25,405 nucleotides of DNA from positions 1 to 25,405 of the forward strand of contig JBHIFL010000060.1 in NCBI GenBank assembly GCA_046761065.1. The letters are read 5' to 3'. A program made the position numbers and the translations under genes. Source of the stretch: Candidatus Heimdallarchaeota archaeon. GTDB lineage: Archaea; Asgardarchaeota; Wukongarchaeia; Wukongarchaeales; JBHIFL01. The notes under the pieces were generated by a model. That model was not told where the DNA came from and ran no database searches. It worked only from the letters and a program-made list of their open reading frames with translations. Of the stretch, positions 9,312 through 19,447 are shown one piece after another; position 1 is the first letter of the stretch, and each line of letters begins with the position of its first letter.

Positions 9312-9536
9312 CTTTTAATATGCTGTCCTTTGTTAGGATTTTTTCCCCAGAATGGGCGAATGCTTCATATTCCATCAAAAAAGGCATTAAATATGTTATG
9401 TGGGCTATGGTCTTATACTTTCCATGTAAATCAGATGTTTACCGCTTAAAATCCGATTCAACCTCAGATAATGAATTAGCAAACTATTTGATGAAAAAAT
9501 ATTGATATATTGCCAATCCTGGAGGCATTCCTTAAA

Positions 9537-10679
9537 ATGATTGAGATCTATTGTACACGATGTGGCCGCGCTCAGGACAAATATACCGAGTGGAGATGCC
9601 CTTGTGGGGGGCCTTTTGAAATTCACAATGAGACTCCCTTCGAGTGCGACAATATTCTCTTACGAGATCACACAATCTGGAGATATCGCAAGATTCTTCC
9701 CCCAATTGAACCAAAATCAATTGTGTCGTTAGGGGAAGGGATGACGCCCTTGGTTCCATTAGAAACGTCTCCGGCAAGAATTTATGCAAAACTAGAATAC
9801 GTAAGTCCAACTGGGTCACTCAAAGATCGGGGGGTCACTGTCATGGTGAGTAACATGAAGGAGGAAGGCGTCAAGAAGGCTATTGAAGACTCGTCAGGGA
9901 ATGCAGGTGCGTCCGTTGCTGCATATTGCGCGCGAGCCGCCATTGGATGCGAGATCTTTGTCCCAGAGAAAGTCCGGGTTGGGAAAGCAACCCAAATCGT
10001 TGCGTATGGCGCAACATTAAGAAAAATTCCGGGAGGACGAGAGGCGGCAACAGCGGCAGCCCGCAACGTAGCGGCTCATACGTTCTACGCCTCTCATCAT
10101 TGGAATCCGTTTTACCTCCAAGGAAAAGAGACGATGGCGTATGAAATTGTCGAACAATTGGAATGGAATGCTCCAGATTATGTGTTTATCCCAGTAGGTT
10201 CGGGATCCACCTTCTACGGAGCTATCAAGGGATTCACAAAACTCATATCGGTGAACATCATAGACTCCTACCCAACACTTATTGGAGTACAGTCAGACCA
10301 GTGTGCCCCGCTCTATTCAGCGTTAACAGGAAGTCCATTTGATGTAAAAGCTCCCATAAACACGATAGCTGATGGTATTTCAGTACGAACACCAGCTAGA
10401 CTTGATGACATAGTTAAAGCCGTGAAACAACCCAAAGCTGAGGTGGATCTAGTTTCTGATCCAGAAATAATTGATTCTTTGAAAACCTTGGGGGGAAAAG
10501 GATTTTTTGTGGAACCGACCTCCGCCGTGGTCTATGCTGCATGGCAAAAGCGACTGAAGAAAGGACAAATCGACGCTGAAGATTGTGTGGTGTTGGTTCT
10601 TACGGGAATTGGCCTAAAGACTATTGATACTATGGTCCCAATTTTTCCAATGAGTTCTCACAAAGCTTCTTCGTCTTAG
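9537..10679 (+). CDS. thrC: Threonine synthase-like PLP fold-type II enzyme with an N-terminal Zn ribbon
   Basis: Motifs CTRC...CPCGG, IWRY, SLGEGMTPL, PTGSLKDRG, DSSGNAG, PVGSG and VEPTSA. GGAGG at 9521-9525 favours ATG 9537 over TTG 9510. Confidence 0.85.
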   Translation: MIEIYCTRCGRAQDKYTEWRCPCGGPFEIHNETPFECDNILLRDHTIWRYRKILPPIEPKSIVSLGEGMTPLVPLETSPARIYAKLEYVSPTGSLKDRGVTVMVSNMKEEGVKKAIEDSSGNAGASVAAYCARAAIGCEIFVPEKVRVGKATQIVAYGATLRKIPGGREAATAAARNVAAHTFYASHHWNPFYLQGKETMAYEIVEQLEWNAPDYVFIPVGSGSTFYGAIKGFTKLISVNIIDSYPTLIGVQSDQCAPLYSALTGSPFDVKAPINTIADGISVRTPARLDDIVKAVKQPKAEVDLVSDPEIIDSLKTLGGKGFFVEPTSAVVYAAWQKRLKKGQIDAEDCVVLVLTGIGLKTIDTMVPIFPMSSHKASSS

Positions 10680-11031
10680 TAAGTGAATGTTTGGGGCTTC
10701 AACTCATTTATAATACAATTGGTAAGAACCTCGCCTGCACAAGAAACCGACCTAAACGAGAGTTTATTTAAGAAAAAACCCTGTAGGATGGTGTTGGATT
10801 TTTAATTTTACCGACTGGTCTCTTAAACATTAATAACCCTGAACGTCGAACCCTCCGATCTTCATAGATATTTTCAAAATAGTAGAGCGAGCCTTAAGAC
10901 CGATTAGTGATTTTCAGCTCGGTTGCATTGTCCTTACGAGCAACTGAAAAGACAACATAATTAAGCCACAAAGCTTAGGAAATATATCGTTGGTTTAGCT
11001 AAATGAGAATTCCGGAGAGAGGAGATTTCAG

Positions 11032-12507
11032 ATGAGTACCTCGGTTAGAAACAAGGATAAGGTCAAAATTGAAACACGGACCAAAATCGTTTGTACTCTT
11101 GGCCCCGCTTCAGAATCGGAGACTACCTTAAAACAGATGATGGATGCAGGAATGGACGTTGCGCGAATCAATTGTGCCCATGGAAGTTACGAGGAATATA
11201 AGAAACGAATTGGTACCTTAAGAACTCTATCAGATAAGATAGCCGTTTTAGTTGATCTTGCTGGTCCGAAAATCCGAGTTGGGGAGATGGCTCAGAACGT
11301 TTTTCTACAAGAGAACAGTGAAATTGTTTTAACCACAAAAAAAATCGTGGGAAATGAGCAGACAATCCCCCAATCGTATGAAGAACTCCCATGTCGCGTA
11401 AAAAAAGGTGATACTATTTTTATTGATGAGGGCCTTATTCAATTGGAGGTATTATCGATTCCAAATGAAGAGGAGATTGTTAATCGAGTCGTAAAAGGAG
11501 GTCCTTTGCGAAGTAAGCGTGGAATCAACGTACCAGGTGCTCCTCTCCTTCGTATTCCTACCCCCAAGGATTACAAGGACATTAGGACAGGAATCGAGTT
11601 GGGGGCGGATTACTTTGGTATCTCATTTGTAAAATCCCGGGAGGATGTGGAGCGAATCAAAGAGATCATCAGTGACCATGGAGAGGAAATTCCGGTCATT
11701 TCAAAGATAGAAACCGTCGAAGCAACTGAACAGTTTGATGAGATCTTACAAGTGTCCGATGGGATTATGGTCGCTCGTGGCGATCTCGGGGTGGAATTAT
11801 TGCCCGAAAAAGTCCCATTGATCCAAAAAAAACTCATCAAGAAATGCAATATTGTAGGTATTCCAGTAATCGTTGCTACCCAAATGCTAGAATCAATGAT
11901 TGAAAAACCACGTCCAACGCGTGCTGAAGCATCGGATGTAGCGAATGCTGTTCTTGATGGCGCCGATGCGATTATGCTGTCTGGCGAGACTGCCGTAGGG
12001 AGGTACCCTGTCCAAGCAGTGAAGGTAATGGATCAAATTGCCTCAATTGCAGAAAAAGCGATTCCACGGACATATCAAAGTGAAAGTGAGGCGCAATCAG
12101 TGGCAGAAGTCATTGGAGAGTGTGTCAACCTAGCTGTAGACAGACAGATAATTAATGCCGTCATAGTTTCGACCAAAACAGGTTTTTCTTGCCGCATGAT
12201 CTCAAAATTACGCCCAAAGGCCCCAATAATAGCAACAACTCCCTTTAAATCCATTTATAGACGATCGTCGCTAGTTTGGGGCGTCACTCCCCTCTTAATG
12301 AAGGAAATGAGTAATTCCACAGATGAACGGGTTTATCATTCCATCAAAGCAGCTGTGGAAAAAGGACTTATTAACCATGATGACACGATCGCTTATGTAG
12401 CTGGAAGTCTTTTAGGAACTGCAATAATGACGGAGACAAATCTATTTCAAATCTACAAAGTCGCCACAGTTTTAGATAGTGTAAAAGTGATCCAACGATT
12501 TGATTAG
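11032..12507 (+). CDS. pyk: Pyruvate kinase
   Basis: Motifs RTKIVCTLGPAS, GMDVARIN, DLAGPKIR, ISKIE, DGIMVARGDLGVE, ATQMLESM, PTRAEASDVANA and MLSGETA. Confidence 0.98.
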   Translation: MSTSVRNKDKVKIETRTKIVCTLGPASESETTLKQMMDAGMDVARINCAHGSYEEYKKRIGTLRTLSDKIAVLVDLAGPKIRVGEMAQNVFLQENSEIVLTTKKIVGNEQTIPQSYEELPCRVKKGDTIFIDEGLIQLEVLSIPNEEEIVNRVVKGGPLRSKRGINVPGAPLLRIPTPKDYKDIRTGIELGADYFGISFVKSREDVERIKEIISDHGEEIPVISKIETVEATEQFDEILQVSDGIMVARGDLGVELLPEKVPLIQKKLIKKCNIVGIPVIVATQMLESMIEKPRPTRAEASDVANAVLDGADAIMLSGETAVGRYPVQAVKVMDQIASIAEKAIPRTYQSESEAQSVAEVIGECVNLAVDRQIINAVIVSTKTGFSCRMISKLRPKAPIIATTPFKSIYRRSSLVWGVTPLLMKEMSNSTDERVYHSIKAAVEKGLINHDDTIAYVAGSLLGTAIMTETNLFQIYKVATVLDSVKVIQRFD

Positions 12508-12582
12508 GTGAGTTACAGAAACAAAACAAATCAGAAAACCCCCAAAATATATTATTCCTTCCCCAAAGATATGTGATAGAAG

Positions 12583-13290
12583 ATGAGAACAACGAAAAAC
12601 ATCCGGGGACTGGAATTTAGGCTAGTACTTGAGGATCCTTTTATTGAGCAATATCTTAGGAACAAGAATCCAGTAGAGTTAACGGATCTCGGAGCAGGAA
12701 CCAATAATGAGATAGCTATATCCTTTTTAGACCAAACGCCTCAGTATTTTGACGGAAAACAAGTAATCATTTATCTGGTAGATATGAACCCTTTGTGGTT
12801 GTCGATGCTTTCCCAAAAACTCCCAAAAACCAACCAAAAAATTTTATTAATTCAAGCTGAACTTGAACAATTGACAATAGAAGCCCGAATCATCGAATCA
12901 ACAGTTCGGGTGTGCTCTCAAAAGTGCCTGACCCCAACTATACAAACCCTAATGCAACAATATCGATTTCCACCTGCATGTATGGATCTTGTTGTCTTTA
13001 ACCGGGATATGATGGGATGGTTACAATACTTCAACGCAAACACAGGTCGTGTCCTCCAAGAAACGCATAAAATTCTAAAGAGCGATGGGCTTTTAGCTGT
13101 AACACAACCTGGACTGAAATACCAACATCCTCATAATCTACTGGAAAATAATGGTTTTACTTTTGTAAAACGAGGCGTTCTCCAATTGGATACAGGAACA
13201 CTCATTGAAAGCCCGGATCCCATTTTTAAAGACCCAAAACTTCGGGAATACATTTATTTAGTTTATCAAACTCATTCCAACGATCGGTGA
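12583..13290 (+). CDS. Class I SAM-dependent methyltransferase-like protein
   Basis: Motif I TDLGAGT, acidic motif LVDMN, MDLVV, and ETHKILKSDGLLAV. Confidence 0.75.
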   Translation: MRTTKNIRGLEFRLVLEDPFIEQYLRNKNPVELTDLGAGTNNEIAISFLDQTPQYFDGKQVIIYLVDMNPLWLSMLSQKLPKTNQKILLIQAELEQLTIEARIIESTVRVCSQKCLTPTIQTLMQQYRFPPACMDLVVFNRDMMGWLQYFNANTGRVLQETHKILKSDGLLAVTQPGLKYQHPHNLLENNGFTFVKRGVLQLDTGTLIESPDPIFKDPKLREYIYLVYQTHSNDR

Positions 13291-13299
13291 AGTTTTAAA

Positions 13300-14064
13300 T
13301 TGCCATACTGCCAAATCAACACACAGAAAATATATTATACAGCAAAAGGGGCGGGATTGAGCCTGTTGTTCATTCATGGAGCAATGGGAACACATCTGCA
13401 ATGGAAAACGCAGATGCGTTTTTTTTCAAAAACCTACCATGTAGTGACAGTGGATTTACCAGGCCATGGCCAGTCCAAGCCCCCACTAGGAAAAATCTCA
13501 ATCGGTTATTATGCAACAATGATTTCTGACCTCATCGTAAAATTAAGTTTAAAGAAACCAGTAATTTGTGGTCATTCGATGGGGGGAGCAATTGCTTTGC
13601 AATTGGCTCTCGATAAACCAACCGAGCTTGGGGCACTAGTACTCGTTGGAACAGGGGCAAAGCTTAGGGTGCACCCTGATATTCTTACGGCTTTTCGCAC
13701 AAATTGCAGAGAGGCAATTGAACAGTTTTTGGGACCATGGGCCTTTTCAAAAAAGACCGACCAAACAATAATCGAAGAAGTGAAACAACAAATTATAAGA
13801 ATCAACCCTCAGATTGCCGTGGCAAATTGGGAAACATGTGACGCCTTCGATTGCCGTGCGAGATTGGAAGAGCTCCAACTCCCTACAAAGATCATCGTTG
13901 GAGAAGAGGATAAATTGACTCCTGTATGGTATTCTGAATATTTACTAAATCAGATTCGCGGATCCACACTAGAAAAAATTCCAGAAGCTGGCCATTATGT
14001 AATGTCGGAGAAACCTCAAGAGTTTAACAAGGCAATACTTTCCTTTTTAGAACGAATGTTTTAA
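13300..14064 (+). CDS. Alpha/beta hydrolase
   Basis: FIHG, DLPGHGQS, nucleophile elbow GHSMGG, GEED and AGH (Ser-Asp-His triad). TTG start 9 nt after the previous stop. Confidence 0.93.
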   Translation: MPYCQINTQKIYYTAKGAGLSLLFIHGAMGTHLQWKTQMRFFSKTYHVVTVDLPGHGQSKPPLGKISIGYYATMISDLIVKLSLKKPVICGHSMGGAIALQLALDKPTELGALVLVGTGAKLRVHPDILTAFRTNCREAIEQFLGPWAFSKKTDQTIIEEVKQQIIRINPQIAVANWETCDAFDCRARLEELQLPTKIIVGEEDKLTPVWYSEYLLNQIRGSTLEKIPEAGHYVMSEKPQEFNKAILSFLERMF

Positions 14065-14437
14065 CAAGGCCCTTGGATGATGGTGTTAGTCTACAACAAG
14101 TTTGAAAACAAGAAAGAATATACAAATATAAGCATTTTAATTAAAATTAATTAATTTATTACTCTCTGATACTTACATGGAACACAAGTATCTTCATAAT
14201 AAATCTAGTTGGCAAGTATGGTTTTTTCAGGTTTCTTTAAATAGGTATTATTTTTTAGCTGTGTTTACTGAGTCTTCATTTGAAGATATCACAAAAGCAT
14301 ATAGGAATAAGAATTCTAAAGACAAATTATCAAAGAACATGCTTTATTACTCTCATCAAATGGTTATAATAGTTTTTGGAGAAAAATCAAAAGGTTACCT
14401 TTTTTTCCTACCAAAGTTATTTTTGTGGGGGAGAAAA

Positions 14438-17044
14438 ATGGCAGACCAATCGCTGCAACCCGGGTCCGAAGGTGAATCACGCGAGATTACCACAACAGAG
14501 ACCCTAGATCAATTATTAGAATCTGGAATTGTGACACTTATCTCAAAGAATGGGAACAGTTATCCGGTTTATACGGGAAATTGGGAAATCATCCCTTCTA
14601 GCCTAGGGAATTTCTTTGAAGAATTAGACTGCTATTTAAGTACAAAAGATATTGGAAACATTACGACAATCAATGTATATTTCGGGAAAAAAAATCAACG
14701 AATCGAATTGGAAGGCTTGCTACCCTATGGCATGATCTTGACCAGGCAACCAGTTCCAGACATAGGAGAATTAATAGCGCTCAATTTTACTCAATATAAT
14801 ATTGATGAAAACCTACTGACAGGTTTAATGAACGACTCAGGTGAGCTCCTTCAGCAAATGATGAGTTTTTTTCCCCAATGTGAGCAAGAGCCGCGAATTG
14901 AGCTCATCAGGTTTTTAGCTCCGGTAATAGTTGATGCCTTCCGAGAAGGCCATTTAAAGAAGCTCGTACATGAAACAACTGGTTCTGAACATTTTTTAAG
15001 AACCCATGAAGTCTGGGGATCTGGAAAACGTCTCCCGTTGAGTATGGGGGGAACTAAATCCTGGGTTTTTAAAACAGTGTATGGTACCGAAGATACTACC
15101 CTTCATTCACTTGTGAGTTGGGTCTTAGATCAATTGGCTCTCTTTATGGACGAATTCAACTCATATATGGCGCAACCAGATCGAACTTCAATCTTGGAAC
15201 GCCTTATAGAATCAGGCTTTGAAGACTTAGACACTTTTACAGGAACCCCTATTGAGTGGATAACACAAGTTGAGGAAGCAATCAAGGATTTTACGTTTAC
15301 AGAACCCCAAGAAAGGAGAGTACGGGACTTTTTCCGAAATGAAATGAAAAGATATGTAGCAAAAGTATCGATTCCTTCAGTGATTCGTGTCTACATGAAA
15401 ATGATTCATGAAAAAAAGGGCACAGACAAAGAATTCGAATTTATTGACACCTTTGGAGAGTATTTGCAACAAGCCCTCATTGAAATCCTTGATCAAGGTG
15501 CGACGGTGCCTGAAGACCCCAGAATATTTGTCCAATCTCAATTCTCGGGTATATTTACTGAATTTCGCAAGCAATATGAGATTTCGAGCCAAGGAGCCTT
15601 TAATTCTCTAGTAACGAAAACCCTTGAATCAATTCCTGAACTCAATCTTCCCCAAATATTTCTTGATTCAGGTTATCTTCGTAACTGCTTAACCAATTCT
15701 TTAACACAATTGAAAAAAAGCGTTAGTAAAAAGATATCTTACCAAAAAGAACAGTTGGCTGAAAAAACGCAAATCTTAGATGAAGAAAAGATAAAAATAG
15801 ATGAAAAACGCCAGATTCTTTCCGAAAAAGAAAATATCCTTCTGGAGAGGAGTGAACACCTACTTTCTGAGAAAGAGCGGATCAATACAAGAGAACGAAA
15901 ATTAATAGATGAGAAAGATAGATGGGATGAAAAAGAAGCGGAATTAAATACTGAAGAAATCAAACTAGAAACCGAAAAACAATCTATAATTCAAGCGCAG
16001 ATGACGTTGAATGAAAGCGTCGCCCGCTTATCCACAGAGAATCAGCAATTAATTGCTAAACAGAAGACATTAACCATAGAGAAAGGGAATGCAGAGGAAC
16101 AACTTCAACAGGCAGCAATCTTGGGGGGGGAGCCATCACACGAGAGAGAATCACTAATAAGGCAAATTCAGGATTATGAAACAGAACTAACAACTGTTTC
16201 TGAACTGAAACAGACCTTGAACAATGGACTTGCTGCTCTTGAAAAGGAACGATCAGTCTTAGATGAACGAAACAGTGTACTGACCGCGAGAGACGACATT
16301 TGGAAAAAAGAAATTGCTAAATTACATGAAGCCCGGGAAAAGTGGTCAAACAATATCCAAGCTCTCAAAAAAGAGAAAGAGGTACTAGAAGAAAATTTTG
16401 CCTCTTTGGAAAAGGATCGAACCCATCTAAATAGAGAACGCACTGCATGGGAGGCAGATCGCAGAGATTTGCTCGAAAAAGTTACCGAATTGGAACAAAA
16501 GAAGAAGACCCTAGAAGATACACAAGCTGCTCTTCATGAAATTATCAAATTCGTGAGACAAAAGATGGAGCAAGAATTCGGTGAGATTATTACTTATGAA
16601 GTAGACGAAATAGCAAATCTTGTCCAGAAGTTTCGAACAAAGGTACCTACTTATTTTGAAGAGGCTTGTAAATCTAGGGGTTCCATAAGGATTGAAGAAG
16701 AGTGGTTCACCGACATTTTCCAAGAAACCCCCCAGAACTACAAACAAACCTGCGAGTTTGAGGAGCTCAAAGAGCATTTGAGGTATTGGGCTTCTCCTGT
16801 GGGAGGGATTTATCCTCAGAGAATAGAGATCTTCTTAACCAAGTCTGGTGGCAGGAAAACTGGGTATGCGCTGTTCCTATTTCAAGATCAACGAAGCCGA
16901 TACTCGCAACAAATTGGTGCGGTTATGGCTAAAGAAATGCCTGAGGGAACCCTCTTATTACGTGATCTACGTGAAATATGCCGGCAACTCAGTGAACACT
17001 ATGATTTACTGATTAAACCGGAAACAGGTGAACAAAATGTCTGA
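14438..17044 (+). CDS. Large hypothetical protein: longin/roadblock-like N-terminus, helical middle, hinged long coiled coil, globular C-terminus
   Basis: 868-codon ORF from ATG 14438 with GGGGAG upstream. Strict heptads at 15734-16552. No transmembrane segment or canonical NTPase motif. Confidence 0.9.
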   Translation: MADQSLQPGSEGESREITTTETLDQLLESGIVTLISKNGNSYPVYTGNWEIIPSSLGNFFEELDCYLSTKDIGNITTINVYFGKKNQRIELEGLLPYGMILTRQPVPDIGELIALNFTQYNIDENLLTGLMNDSGELLQQMMSFFPQCEQEPRIELIRFLAPVIVDAFREGHLKKLVHETTGSEHFLRTHEVWGSGKRLPLSMGGTKSWVFKTVYGTEDTTLHSLVSWVLDQLALFMDEFNSYMAQPDRTSILERLIESGFEDLDTFTGTPIEWITQVEEAIKDFTFTEPQERRVRDFFRNEMKRYVAKVSIPSVIRVYMKMIHEKKGTDKEFEFIDTFGEYLQQALIEILDQGATVPEDPRIFVQSQFSGIFTEFRKQYEISSQGAFNSLVTKTLESIPELNLPQIFLDSGYLRNCLTNSLTQLKKSVSKKISYQKEQLAEKTQILDEEKIKIDEKRQILSEKENILLERSEHLLSEKERINTRERKLIDEKDRWDEKEAELNTEEIKLETEKQSIIQAQMTLNESVARLSTENQQLIAKQKTLTIEKGNAEEQLQQAAILGGEPSHERESLIRQIQDYETELTTVSELKQTLNNGLAALEKERSVLDERNSVLTARDDIWKKEIAKLHEAREKWSNNIQALKKEKEVLEENFASLEKDRTHLNRERTAWEADRRDLLEKVTELEQKKKTLEDTQAALHEIIKFVRQKMEQEFGEIITYEVDEIANLVQKFRTKVPTYFEEACKSRGSIRIEEEWFTDIFQETPQNYKQTCEFEELKEHLRYWASPVGGIYPQRIEIFLTKSGGRKTGYALFLFQDQRSRYSQQIGAVMAKEMPEGTLLLRDLREICRQLSEHYDLLIKPETGEQNV

Positions 17045-19391
17045 TAAACGATTGAGCGGTACCATGGCATTGCCAGGGGTAAGTGATCTTAAAGCAATTC
17101 AACTGCTTCAGACCTATCCACCTTGGATGGATCAAATCTGGAAGAGTAAGACACTCCCTGCAGGGTTAATCCTTGCTCTCTCTCAAACTGCGAACATTCC
17201 TAGCGATTTGGTCGAGATAATCCACTCCTACGGCTTAAAAGCCATTGAATTCATAAAAGCATATTACAAATTGATGATACGGATTCAAACAGGGGGCGAC
17301 CTGGAAATTGCGAGGGAAGAATTACGCGATTTATGGAATCGTTATCGCAATCAAATACCTATCGCCCACTTCTTCGCAAAAAGTTTGAATACCACCATCA
17401 AACAAGTCCTTTTAGGTTTAGACCGAAAAGAGAAATCAATTACTCGATCTAAAGACCGAAAAGAAAAACTCCTTGAATACCAGATCCTTCCAACTTATTT
17501 AGAGACCACAACACAGGTTCTAACACCTTGGGTCGAGATGGAAAATTCCGTTTCAACAAAGGTAATCGAACAGGAAAAGGCCGAAGGAATTCCATCGGAT
17601 GTCTTCTCCTACAGATTGGAGATCCTTGAAACTTTAACCACGGGTTCCAGCGAACTACCTGAAACATATCCCAAATTACTTAAAATTACCAACGAAAGGC
17701 TTCAAAAATGGTGCGAGAAAGGTTTTCTGAAGAAAGCACTTTTAGAAATTACTGGATTCGAAGATGTTCTTGCACATTTGCTCAAAGAATCAGGCCTTAC
17801 ATACTCCCGTCTAACCGAACTCTTAGCTGCCGCAAAAGATCTTGAACAAATGAGACCATATTTAGACATTCTTCGAGTAATGGAGGCGGTGGAAGAGCGA
17901 TTTAGGCCAAGATTTAGTCAGATTTCCATTGAGATTCAACTTAAGATGTTTCTCAAAAACGAACTCACAGCAGAGGACCTAACCTGGTTGAAAGGTCTCC
18001 TGTTTGAAGGGCAATCCAGTGAAGCTAGAATGCATCGCCTGCGATTAACTGATCAAGAAGTAATTGATAAGCTCGTGGAATATTGGAAGATAAAACAAAC
18101 CATCAGAGATCAATTTCGTATAGGGGATGCGAAATCCGAAGAAGATACGGCTCTCACTGAGAAATTTGCAGGGAAGATTTTAAATTTCGTAGTCTATAGT
18201 CCTTTAAGCACATTAAAACTCTTCACTGAATTATATGATTGGATAATCGTTCATGTTTCCGATATTGGCATAGAAATTCGAGCCATGAGGGACCAGTATC
18301 GGCGCATTATGCAAATTGCCAAAGCAATTGGAGAACTTGTAAAAGAGATCCAATTAGTTTGTACAGATATGGACTCGGAACAAATCCGAGCCCTCCTTCA
18401 TTCAGTATTTATGGATGAACAATATGTAGAAGTTCTACAAAAGATCCCCTCCACCCCATCCGCGCTGGCTCGAACAACCTTTCAGGAACATGGCCTGTTC
18501 AAGACCTATCCAAATTTAATAGCACATAATGGTTGGTGGCCCCTTGCATTAGAAACTTTGATTCAATTTGAAGAAAAAGTCAGACAAATTGGAACCGCAC
18601 GTCTTGTGGAAAAAAAGGACGAGTTTGATCTTGAACAAGCAAATATAAGCGTTGCTTCAGCTTTAATTAAACAGTTATCAAGTATTAGCGCCCAAGCTTT
18701 GTCCAAGTCTCATCAGACCACTATATTGCCTGGCTATGATACTGATTTTTCTATAAGAAAAGCTTTAAACCCTTTGGTGGAAATTGAACGAAGAACTCGG
18801 GCTAATCCGCGAGAAGTTTTACTTCAGGTATTAAATGCGGAAGTACCTATGCCTATGGGGAATCAAACTACCAAGCAAATCCTGGTAAGTGACATATTTC
18901 AGGATGATCTCGAGAAATATGAAACCTTGATGCAAGGTATTAAACCACAGACCCATATTCTTGATTTATGCGACTACTTTTCTTATGAAATTGTGAGTGC
19001 CTTAATTAGTAATATGCTGCCTCATTATGAAAGAATGGGGCTAGAGAACACTCTGGAGAATATCAGCGACGAATACGTCTCACTTCTGCGTCAAATGAGA
19101 AATTCTCTTAGGAAATCTGGAAGCCGAGATGAATGGGGGAAAATGATGACAAGTTTAATGCGTTTTTCAAAGAGTGTTGAACGCATCCTTGACAACACAC
19201 AGCAGTATCGGAATACATCTCTTACCCAACTAGCAAACTACATCCTCCAGCCGAGTAAATTTCTGCAAGGTGCCTTAAAAGATGTAGGATTCGGACGTAA
19301 GGGGATTATTCGTGAGTCCATCGAAAAAACTCTTAAGGAAGTAATGACCCTCCAGCGTCTCTTGAGACATCTTCGCTTAGCAACTATGTGA
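17037..19391 (+). CDS. Large hypothetical all-alpha protein
   Basis: ~784-aa ORF whose start overlaps the previous stop (ATGTCTGA), implying translational coupling. L/E/K/I-rich amphipathic helices, no transmembrane segment. Confidence 0.9.
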   Translation: MSDKRLSGTMALPGVSDLKAIQLLQTYPPWMDQIWKSKTLPAGLILALSQTANIPSDLVEIIHSYGLKAIEFIKAYYKLMIRIQTGGDLEIAREELRDLWNRYRNQIPIAHFFAKSLNTTIKQVLLGLDRKEKSITRSKDRKEKLLEYQILPTYLETTTQVLTPWVEMENSVSTKVIEQEKAEGIPSDVFSYRLEILETLTTGSSELPETYPKLLKITNERLQKWCEKGFLKKALLEITGFEDVLAHLLKESGLTYSRLTELLAAAKDLEQMRPYLDILRVMEAVEERFRPRFSQISIEIQLKMFLKNELTAEDLTWLKGLLFEGQSSEARMHRLRLTDQEVIDKLVEYWKIKQTIRDQFRIGDAKSEEDTALTEKFAGKILNFVVYSPLSTLKLFTELYDWIIVHVSDIGIEIRAMRDQYRRIMQIAKAIGELVKEIQLVCTDMDSEQIRALLHSVFMDEQYVEVLQKIPSTPSALARTTFQEHGLFKTYPNLIAHNGWWPLALETLIQFEEKVRQIGTARLVEKKDEFDLEQANISVASALIKQLSSISAQALSKSHQTTILPGYDTDFSIRKALNPLVEIERRTRANPREVLLQVLNAEVPMPMGNQTTKQILVSDIFQDDLEKYETLMQGIKPQTHILDLCDYFSYEIVSALISNMLPHYERMGLENTLENISDEYVSLLRQMRNSLRKSGSRDEWGKMMTSLMRFSKSVERILDNTQQYRNTSLTQLANYILQPSKFLQGALKDVGFGRKGIIRESIEKTLKEVMTLQRLLRHLRLATM

Positions 19392-19419
19392 TGGGACCTC
19401 AAAAGGGAAATAGTGTCGA

Positions 19420-19447
19420 TTTTTTTAATAACCTGGCAAGCCTTTTT
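19420..19447 (+). terminator. Possible archaeal oligo-T terminator(s)
   Basis: T7 and T5 runs 30-55 nt after the stop at 19391. Confidence 0.35.

Noticed and set aside
14177-14437. 87-codon N-terminal extension given in the ORF track
   Set aside because: AT-rich with a composition (F/Y/K/N) typical of intergenic DNA; a good ribosome-binding site precedes ATG 14438.
14438-17044. Annotation as bona fide SMC/Rad50 or Wadjet JetC
   Set aside because: No canonical Walker A or B, Zn hook or hinge domain, and the neighbours are not recognisable as Mre11, ScpAB or JetABD.
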